From a virus (Duplodnaviria > Heunggongvirae > Uroviricota > Caudoviricetes), in IMG/VR virus record IMGVR_UViG_2537562215_000014: a DNA stretch of 17,179 nt. One strand, 5' to 3'. This document shows, in pieces, positions 8,001-17,179 of the stretch (positions are counted from its first letter, which is position 1; every line of letters begins with the position of its first letter). The position numbers and the translations under genes are program-made. A model generated the notes under the pieces. The model was not told the DNA's origin. It ran no database searches and was given only the letters and a program-made list of their open reading frames with translations.

Positions 8001-10334
8001 ATGAAAATGAACGTAACCGCCACCGTCAGCCATGCGCTCGGCCACTGGCCGCGTATTCTCCCGGCGCTGGGGATTCAGGTGCTGAAAAACCGTCATCAGC
8101 CCTGTCCGGTCTGTGGCGGGAGGGACCGCTTCCGTTTTGATGACAGGGAGGGGCGCGGCACCTGGTACTGCAATCAGTGTGGTGCCGGTGACGGCCTGAA
8201 ACTGGTTGAAAAGGTGTTTGGTGTTTCCCCGTCCGACGCGGCCGCAAAGGTGGCTGCCGTGACCGGCAGTCTGCCCCCGGCTGACCTGGCAGTGACGGCC
8301 GCCGCCGTTGCTGAAACAGACGCTGCCCGGAAGAACGCCGCCGCACTGGCACAAACCCTGATGGCAAAAACCCGTCCCGGAACCGGTAACGCCTACCTGA
8401 CCCGCAAGGGCTTTCCCGGCCGGGAATGCCGGATGCTGACCGGCACACACAGAGCCGGTGGCGTGAGCTGGCGCGCCGGTGACCTTGTGGTGCCACTGTA
8501 TGACGACAGCGGCGAACTGGTTAACCTTCAGTTAATCAGTGCTGACGGCCGTAAGCGCACCCTGAAAGGCGGACAGGTCAGGGGCACCTGTCACATCCTT
8601 GAAGGACAGAATCAGACCGGAAAACGTCTGTGGATAGCGGAGGGATACGCGACCGCACTTACCGTACATCACCTGACCGGTGAAACGGTGATGGTGGCGC
8701 TTTCTTCCGTGAACCTCCTTTCTCTGGCCAGCCTTGCCCGGCAGAAGCATCCGGCCTGTCAGATTGTCCTTGCCGCTGACCGTGACCTCAGCGGTGACGG
8801 CCAGAAAAAAGCCGCCGCAGCCGCAGATGCGTGTGAAGGTGTTGTTGCACTGCCGCCGGTCTTCGGTGACTGGAATGATGCCTTCACGCAGTACGGCGGG
8901 GAAGCCACCCGTAAGGCCATTTATGATGCTATCCGGCCACCGGCTGAAAGCCCGTTCGACACCATGAGCGAAGCAGAGTTTTCCGCCATGAGTACCAGCG
9001 AAAAGGCCATGCGTATCTATGAGCATTACGGCGAGGCGCTCGCGGTTGATGCCAACGGCCAGCTTCTGTCCCGTTATGAAAATGGTGTCTGGAAGGTGCT
9101 GCCGCCACAGGACTTTGCCCGGGATGTGGCCGGGCTGTTTCAGCGTCTGCGCGCGCCGTTCTCCTCCGGGAAGGTGGCCTCCGTGGTGGACACCCTGAAG
9201 CTGATTATTCCGCAGCAGGAAGCCCCCTCCCGCCGCCTGATTGGCTTTCGTAACGGCGTGCTCGACACGCAGAACGGCACGTTCCACCCGCACAGTCCGT
9301 CACACTGGATGCGTACCCTGTGCGATGTGGATTTCCCCCCGCCGGTGGAAGGGGAAACGCTGGAAACCCACGCCCCCGCGTTCTGGCGCTGGCTTGACCG
9401 TGCCGCCGGTGGCCGTGCGGAAAAACGCGACGTGATTCTGGCCGCACTGTTTATGGTGCTGGCAAACCGCTACGACTGGCAGCTCTTTCTGGAGGTGACC
9501 GGTCCCGGCGGCAGCGGCAAAAGTATCATGGCCGAAATAGCCACCCTGCTGGCCGGGGAGGATAACGCCACGTCGGCCACCATTGAGACGCTGGAATCCC
9601 CGCGTGAACGTGCCGCGTTAACTGGCTTCTCACTGATACGCCTGCCGGACCAGGAAAAATGGAGCGGCGACGGTGCCGGACTCAAGGCCATCACCGGCGG
9701 CGATGCGGTGTCCGTGGATCCGAAATACCGGGATGCGTACTCCACGCATATCCCGGCGGTGATTCTGGCCGTGAACAATAACCCGATGCGCTTCACCGAC
9801 CGCAGCGGCGGCGTGTCACGCCGGCGGGTGATTATTCACTTCCCGGAACAGATAGCCCCGCAGGAGCGCGACCCGCAGCTTAAGGACAAAATCACCCGCG
9901 AGCTGGCGGTCATCGTGCGTCACCTGATGCAGAAGTTCAGCGACCCGATGCTCGCCCGGTCACTGCTTCAGTCCCAGCAGAACTCAGACGAGGCGCTGAA
10001 CATCAAACGGGATGCCGACCCGACGTTTGATTTTATCGGCTATCTGGAAACCCTGCCGCAGACCAGCGGCATGTATATGGGGAACGCCAGTATCATCCCG
10101 CGTAATTACCGTAAATACCTCTATCACGCCTATCTGGCCTACATGGAGGCAAACGGCTACCGGAATGTACTCAGTCTGAAAATGTTCGGGCTGGGGCTGC
10201 CGGTGATGCTGAAGGAATACGGGCTGAATTACGAGAAGCGCCATACCAAACAGGGGATACAGACCAACCTGACGCTGAAAGAGGAAAGCTACGGCGACTG
10301 GCTGCCAAAATGTGACGACCCTGCAACAGCCTGA
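8001..10334 (+). CDS. alpha: Alpha: primase-helicase replication protein with origin binding (P4 alpha family)
   Basis: 777 aa, the same length as P4 alpha. N-terminal zinc motif CPVCGG...YCNQCG, TOPRIM-like EGYATAL and AADRD, Walker A GPGGSGKS (nt 9501..9524). AAGGAG RBS. Followed by TGTTCACC iterons. Confidence 0.92.
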   Translation: MKMNVTATVSHALGHWPRILPALGIQVLKNRHQPCPVCGGRDRFRFDDREGRGTWYCNQCGAGDGLKLVEKVFGVSPSDAAAKVAAVTGSLPPADLAVTAAAVAETDAARKNAAALAQTLMAKTRPGTGNAYLTRKGFPGRECRMLTGTHRAGGVSWRAGDLVVPLYDDSGELVNLQLISADGRKRTLKGGQVRGTCHILEGQNQTGKRLWIAEGYATALTVHHLTGETVMVALSSVNLLSLASLARQKHPACQIVLAADRDLSGDGQKKAAAAADACEGVVALPPVFGDWNDAFTQYGGEATRKAIYDAIRPPAESPFDTMSEAEFSAMSTSEKAMRIYEHYGEALAVDANGQLLSRYENGVWKVLPPQDFARDVAGLFQRLRAPFSSGKVASVVDTLKLIIPQQEAPSRRLIGFRNGVLDTQNGTFHPHSPSHWMRTLCDVDFPPPVEGETLETHAPAFWRWLDRAAGGRAEKRDVILAALFMVLANRYDWQLFLEVTGPGGSGKSIMAEIATLLAGEDNATSATIETLESPRERAALTGFSLIRLPDQEKWSGDGAGLKAITGGDAVSVDPKYRDAYSTHIPAVILAVNNNPMRFTDRSGGVSRRRVIIHFPEQIAPQERDPQLKDKITRELAVIVRHLMQKFSDPMLARSLLQSQQNSDEALNIKRDADPTFDFIGYLETLPQTSGMYMGNASIIPRNYRKYLYHAYLAYMEANGYRNVLSLKMFGLGLPVMLKEYGLNYEKRHTKQGIQTNLTLKEESYGDWLPKCDDPATA

Positions 10335-10341
10335 CCCACCT

Positions 10342-10365
10342 GACCGGCATCTGCCGGTCTTTTTT
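10342..10365 (+). terminator. rho-independent terminator of the alpha operon
   Basis: GACCGGC-ATCT-GCCGGTC stem-loop followed by TTTTTTT, 8 nt after the alpha stop. Confidence 0.7.
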
Positions 10366-10380
10366 TATCCCGACATCCCC

Positions 10381-10685
10381 CGAAGGTGAACAATCCACTG
10401 TTCACCCTTCACCGTATATTCACCCGTTATCACACTGAAATTAAAAGAGAAAAACGAAAGGTGAACAGTGTGAACAATCAAATCAAAAAAAACTTTTTTC
10501 TTCCTGAGTGATTTCAGTACGGGGGATTAATCACCGGTATGAGTCACACCGGCAGAATGCCGGAGGTGAAGAATCGAATGTTCACCCTTCACCCATTATT
10601 CACCACCTATCACTCTGAAATAAAAGGAGAAAAAAGAAAGGTGAACAGTGTGAACAGTTCTTTCGAAAAAAAATTTTTTTCCTGT
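10381..10685. repeat. crr-like cis replication region: two ~125-bp direct repeats (10381..10505 and 10561..10685), each with TGTTCACC/GGTGAACA iterons
   Basis: The two copies are near-identical at 180-bp periodicity. Each contains GGTGAA, TGTTCACC, TTCACC, and GGTGAACAGTGTGAACA followed by an A-run/T-run. Matches the P4 crr description (two ~120-bp repeats next to alpha). Confidence 0.7.
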
Positions 10686-10818
10686 ACGATATAGCATCAA
10701 TCCAAGTAAAAATGCGCTTTCATTTCACATTAACTTACAGCCATTGGTATACGATTAGGTATACGCACAAAAACTGAATTAAACAAAATCATTAAAAATC
10801 AAAGCAATACAATATTTA

Positions 10819-10840
10819 TTCAAACTCCGCCAGCCCACCA
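10819..10840 (+). other. candidate attR core (resembles the 3' end of ssrA/tmRNA, ending CCACCA)
   Basis: TTCAAACTCCGCCAGCCCACCA versus my recollection of the ssrA 3' end TTCAACTCCCGCCAGCTCCACCA (a similar but imperfect match by eye). No T-arm partner upstream, so it is a fragment, not a gene. Upstream are two direct GGTATACG copies (10746, 10758) that could be integrase arm sites. Confidence 0.35.
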
Positions 10841-10967
10841 ATCATGATTGGACGGTATAAGGACAACACCAATAAAAACAGGAAGTTAGCAGTCTCAGCA
10901 GGACACCGACCAGACGGTGAAGAGACATAAAAGGATACGCAAAGGAGCCGCGGCTCCTGGTGACATG

Positions 10968-10991
10968 AAAGCCCACAGATGTGGGCTTTTT
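10968..10991. terminator. hairpin terminator between the element and the autotransporter 3' end (possibly bidirectional)
   Basis: AAAGCCCAC-AGAT-GTGGGCTTT followed by TT on the plus strand; on the minus strand it lies 10 nt after the autotransporter stop (11001). Confidence 0.55.
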
Positions 10992-11000
10992 CGTTGATGG

Positions 11001-11372
11001 TCAGAACGACCAGTTCACACCAGCTACCCCGTTCCACGGGGATTCCACACCGGCACCATGGCTATACCCCACCCCAAGATGCCCGCTTAACGTACTGCTG
11101 AATGAGGCTTTAATACCTGCCTGGTATATTCCACGTCTGCCCGACAAATCATTGACGAAATTACCGTCACTATTCACTTTCACCCGGTTATCATCGACAA
11201 ATTCTTTGCGCACAGCCGCCTTCAGCCACGGCTCAACTTCCATACCGTTCCCCAGACGCATGTTGTAACTCAGCGTTGCACCCAGTTCACGATATAAACT
11301 GCGGGTATCGACTGATTTCGATTCCATGCCATTGGATAAATGATATTCAGGGTTATCAGCGATGAACCCCCG
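11001..11372 (-). pseudogene. autotransporter beta-barrel C-terminal segment, out of frame with the passenger segment (ends ...GVNWSF)
   Basis: C-terminal aromatic-x-Phe motif NWSF typical of type Va autotransporters. This frame is open back to the stop at 11373..11375; it is shifted relative to the 626-aa ORF at a C5 run (11367..11371). Confidence 0.75.
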
Positions 11373-13294
11373 TTAACGATGCATACGGCGTCAGGTTCCA
11401 GTTACCATCGGTAAATCGCATCCCGGTTTCAATGTGACCGCCCAGCCCGTTGCTGCGATAACTGCCGTTGGCGGCTCCACCGCTGCCAACCGTGGAGTCG
11501 CGAGCTTCGGTACCTGCTAATACCAATAAATTACCGCCATTTTCCAGCAACATATTGGTCGCTAAATTGCCGGAAATGGAAAAAGTGCCGTACTGGTGAG
11601 TACCGCTGATTTCAATACCGTTAGCCGTGCTCGTCTGGAGAGCGGCACCGCTGTTCTGGACGATATCTGTCGCTTTGCCATTATCGTTAACTGTCAGCGT
11701 ACCGCCTTCATTGATCTTTGTTTTTATTGCCTCTCCGTTAGCTGAAACTGTTTGTATTCCGCCGTCGTTAATCGTTGTCTCATTCGCCACCCCCTCGACG
11801 ATTTGTTCGCCGCCGGTGAGCGTCGTGCCTGTCGCAGTGGCTTTTGTTTTGACGATCTCCCGTCCGCCCGTATTGACCTGTGTTTTGTCAGAAGAGGTGT
11901 CTGACTCCATGGTTAACACGCCGCCATTTGCCAGCAGGATATTGTTCGCCGCACCCTGCTCGATGCTGAACGCGACGCCATCCGCGCGTGTTCCTGTGAC
12001 CCGCGTCGCCCTGGTGGTTGCAACCAAAGCGTCCTGGCTACTCTGCTGTATCCCCGTTGCGCTGCCTTTCTCCCGCACATCGAGTGTGCCGCCGTCATTA
12101 AGCACCGAGTTTTCAGCCAGACCGCCCTCATTAACTACCTGTGAACACCCATTAATAATGGAACCTTCCGCTGTCCCGTTTGCCATAATTTGTTGTAGGC
12201 CAGAGACGATATCGGTATTGATTGCCTTACCATAATTCTGAACGGTTTGCGTGCCACCATTGATGTGTGTTTTCTCTGTTGACCCACCATCAACAATTTG
12301 TTCACCACTTTCGATATTTGCCTCAGTGGCTAATCCATATACCGTTTGCTTGCCACCTTTGATATTTGCTTTATCAGAAGTGGCACTGGCATATATTGTT
12401 TGGGTGCCAGCACTATTGAGTACAGTGCCAACATCTTTTCCATAAACATCCATTTTGCCGTTGGCATTAATAATCGTATCAACTGCCCGGGAACCAGTGA
12501 CGACTGTTAATGAGCCAGCGTTTTCCAGCACTACATTTTTAGCTTCTGAATTCCTGATGTAGAAAGCATCACCATAACTGTTGGTTCCTTCGATAAGGGT
12601 TCCGGAAGTTGTGGAAGCAATTAATGCGCCGCCGGATTGTTGCTCAACATGCTTAGCCTCACCACCGTCCTGAACCTCCAGAACGCCACCATTATTAAGT
12701 CTGGTGGTATCTGTTTTAGCCTCCTTCTGGACAATCAGCTTACCGCCAGCATCAACGGTAGTATTTTTCGCCGAGGTTTTAGCCACTACCGTCAGTTCGC
12801 CGGTATTTTCCAGCACAACATAATTAGCCTCCCCTCCGGTAATAGTGAAGTGAGAGAGCTTGTTGTATCCTTCAATATCAGTCCCTGCGCCCGTGTTGGC
12901 AACTAAAGCACTGCCCGTCTCCTGGTTAACCCCATGTGCAATACCACCGGTATAGACAATCAGCGAGCCTCCGGCGCTAATATTGCTGCCAGTTGCCGTA
13001 CCATCTTTCTCAACAACCTGCCGGCTCCCGGAGGATATAATTGTCGTGTCAGCTTTCCCGCCGCTCTTGATATTTTGCGTTCCGCCGTTGATATTGGTAC
13101 CCGTGGCAATACCATGATTATTAATATTCTGTGTACCACCATTGATTATGGTATTGGTCGCGTTTCCGGTAACATCCATTACCCCGCCGTTATCTATTCG
13201 GGTCGCATCAGCTTTAGCATTCGTTAAAACTGACATTGTTCCTTTATCTTTAATAATCGTCTTGTTTGCCGAACCATATGCGTTTATGTCTAAA
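11356..13294 (-). pseudogene. AIDA-type autotransporter adhesin, passenger segment distal to the IS insertion
   Basis: 626-aa ORF rich in ~19-aa Gly/Thr/Asn passenger repeats (TTINGG, GGTQ, NVVLENAG). The reading frame continues seamlessly across the IS insertion point. Confidence 0.8.
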
Positions 13295-13302
13295 TGTAGT
13301 GG

Positions 13303-15523
<2,221 letters not shown>

Positions 15524-15861
15524 AAATTTCATCCTCTGAAAAGTGAATACTGAGTAGCGTTTAAGCGACCTTAGCTTTGCTGCAACATCAGCCCACAGGC
15601 ACCAGACCAGGGGATTCATCCTGAAGAGACAGCGCAAGTGTATTGTGTTCACCGCTCATCAAAGACATCATGATGAAATGATGATATTCCGCATAAGAAT
15701 GAGGCATTTTTTAAACGCAGTGCGCTGAAGTGTGGTTGGATAAAAAAGTCAATCCATTCAGGAAATACGGGCGTATTCTTTTCTTTCGACAATGAGGCCG
15801 TTGGCAAAATAAAATGATTTACATAATCGTTTCTGATGAATATCTTCTGCTCACATAAAAA

Positions 15862-16190
15862 TCACACAATAACTTTGAGATCGCAGATTGTTTTACTTTT
15901 ACAGCATTCGTCCCCCCATTGTTGGGCAAATATAGATTGGGCCAGAGCACGAAAGTTAATACCACGTTTGCACAGCTCCTCCAACAGCACGACAAGATGC
16001 CACATACTGCGCCCCAGTCGGTTCGGTTTACAGACTACCCGTGCGTCCACCGCCGATAATGTCCTGACCAGTTTTTTCAGTCCGGACCTCCTGCCACGGT
16101 TTTACGTTGAAGTGGTAACCCTGAGCACGCAGTTCTTCAGTCAGGCGTGGTGTACCGTAACCCTATTATTGATGGGTAAGATCAAAAATA
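15862..16190 (-). pseudogene. serine recombinase (DNA invertase, Pin/Hin/Gin family) remnant
   Basis: Fragment ...VVCKPNRLGRSMWHLVVLLEELCKRGINFRALAQSI aligns with the invertase catalytic-domain motif VVWKLDRLGRS...L..EL.ERGI.F.SL.DSIDT. In-frame stop and frameshift upstream; diverged C-terminus. Confidence 0.65.
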
Positions 16191-16289
16191 CTTTCAGGCA
16201 GCTAAGGAAAGTTGAACCAGACATTAGAATAAATATTTCAACCAATTACAGCACCAATTCAGACACCGCCAGCTCAACAAATAAATCAA

Positions 16290-16322
16290 GGGGTTACGTG
16301 AAAGCGTAGCCCCTTTTTCTTT
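16290..16322. terminator. hairpin terminator downstream of the AT-rich pentapeptide-like ORF (possibly bidirectional)
   Basis: GGGGTTACG-TGAAAG-CGTAGCCCC followed by TTTTTCTTT on the plus strand. On the minus strand it lies ~115 nt after the ORF stop (16436). Confidence 0.55.
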
Positions 16323-16435
16323 GGTAGTGGCAGCAAAATGGTTGTAGTGTAAAAAATAATCCCGTTTAATCAATCAATAATACATATTGTTTCAATCTAC
16401 GTTATTATCTCTTTGTAAAAATAGCCATTTATTAA

Positions 16436-17179
16436 TCATTGAAAACTGCTTTTAGAACTTGATACAACGGGACTAGTCACAACAGGACTATTCTCAACGG
16501 GATCATCCTCAGAGGAACTATCATCAAAGTCATCATCCATAAATAAAATATCATCGAATGGTGCCACGCCCGTGATGAGTTTTATTTTATTATTACGATC
16601 AGTCAAGACTCCACTTAAACCGTTTTCGCTCACAGGTTTTAATGATTTTTCATTACTCTTGTTGTAAGCAGGCGCATTAAAAATACACGGAGTATCAAGA
16701 TCAAACAATGACGTTCCCCAGTTCACATATTGAATATCATAGTTACTGAAGTTCTGTCCAGAAAAGAAGCATCCCTTAAAATCCAATCCACCTAAATTAT
16801 ATAAACCATCCTCTTCTTTTTGGAGAGTAATGTTAATTTTGGCTATCTCCCGGACATCATCGCCATTTTTATATTTGAATACCGTTTCAAGATTTTCCCC
16901 ACACAGTTTGACTTCTGGAAATAATTTGAAATCAAAGCCTATATTATTATGTATCAACGTAGATGAACAAAAGATGGAGAAAGCTTGCAGTGCTGAATTA
17001 TAGCTTTCGATTTTATCCTGAGGCTGCGCTCTTGGTAAAAACTCATAGCAACATTCATAAAAATTAAGTAGAAACTCTGAAGACCTTCCATTTTTATCAA
17101 ATAATATCCCCTTGAACTCATTCACAAACGCATCTTTTTTTTCTTGAATATCTATGTGGTGTTCCTTTGACTCTGACAA
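16436..17179 (-). CDS. hypothetical AT-rich protein with pentapeptide-repeat-like core and acidic/Ser-rich C-terminus; 5' end lies beyond the window
   Basis: 247 codons open to the window edge in AT-rich DNA. Segment NLGGLDFKGCFFSGQNFSNYDIQYVNWGTSLFDLD resembles pentapeptide repeats. C-terminus DDDFDDSSSEDDPVENSPVVTSPVVSSSKSSFQ. Confidence 0.6.
   Translation of the reverse strand: MSESKEHHIDIQEKKDAFVNEFKGILFDKNGRSSEFLLNFYECCYEFLPRAQPQDKIESYNSALQAFSIFCSSTLIHNNIGFDFKLFPEVKLCGENLETVFKYKNGDDVREIAKINITLQKEEDGLYNLGGLDFKGCFFSGQNFSNYDIQYVNWGTSLFDLDTPCIFNAPAYNKSNEKSLKPVSENGLSGVLTDRNNKIKLITGVAPFDDILFMDDDFDDSSSEDDPVENSPVVTSPVVSSSKSSFQ

Noticed and set aside
8532-9293. 253-aa minus-strand ORF, plus overlapping minus ORFs at 7959..8450 and 8026..8496, antisense to alpha
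   Set aside because: They lie entirely inside the well-supported alpha gene. Arg/Gly/Pro-rich, low-complexity translations are typical of shadow ORFs in GC-rich coding DNA; no RBS context.
5566-10685. Possibility that the TGTTCACC clusters form a CRISPR array
   Set aside because: The repeats are 8-bp iterons and two ~125-bp duplications, not 24-48-bp repeats regularly interspaced with unique spacers. They match the P4 ori/crr architecture instead.
10941-10957. Perfect 14-bp palindrome GGAGCCGCGGCTCC as a regulatory operator
   Set aside because: It lies immediately next to the terminator hairpin in an intergenic junction with no associated promoter or regulator gene I can identify. It may simply be part of terminator secondary structure.
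15836-16309. 157-aa plus-strand ORF overlapping the invertase remnant
   Set aside because: Low-complexity Ser/Thr-rich translation with no recognisable features. It overlaps a recognisable minus-strand recombinase fragment and ends inside a terminator hairpin.

Overview
The window holds a near-complete P4-family satellite prophage (about 1..10840) followed by a decayed accessory flank. Everything below is read by eye from the sequence and the ORF track; no database search or computation was run, and the protein identifications rest on remembered P4 sequences and gene lengths. Element order: integrase (1..1224, CP4-57/IntA-like, GTG at window base 1) > AT-rich two-gene cargo operon (1268..3029) > 19-nt P2/P4-type cos (3336..3354) > psu, delta, sid on the minus strand (3519..5396) > Ogr/Delta-type TGT-N12-ACA late-promoter dyads either side of TGTTCACC ori iterons (5469..5846) > vis > PLE-like sigma70 promoter > small left-operon ORFs > alpha primase-helicase (8001..10334) > two ~125-bp crr repeats > candidate attR resembling the ssrA 3' end (~10819..10840). 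Right of the element lies an AIDA-type autotransporter adhesin gene (minus strand, 15523 down to 11001) split by an IS911-like IS3-family insertion (13295..14552, 3-bp AAA duplication) and carrying a second lesion, a 1-nt homopolymer frameshift. The IS itself has a nonsense codon in orfB. Further right are a serine invertase remnant and an AT-rich, 5'-partial pentapeptide-repeat-like ORF at the window edge. The main candidate for an undescribed system is the cargo pair at 1268..3029: a 367-aa soluble protein and a ~217-aa single-pass membrane protein, sitting in the int-cos slot where P4-like satellites carry variable anti-phage cargo (gop/beta/cII in P4). I could not assign either protein to a known family.
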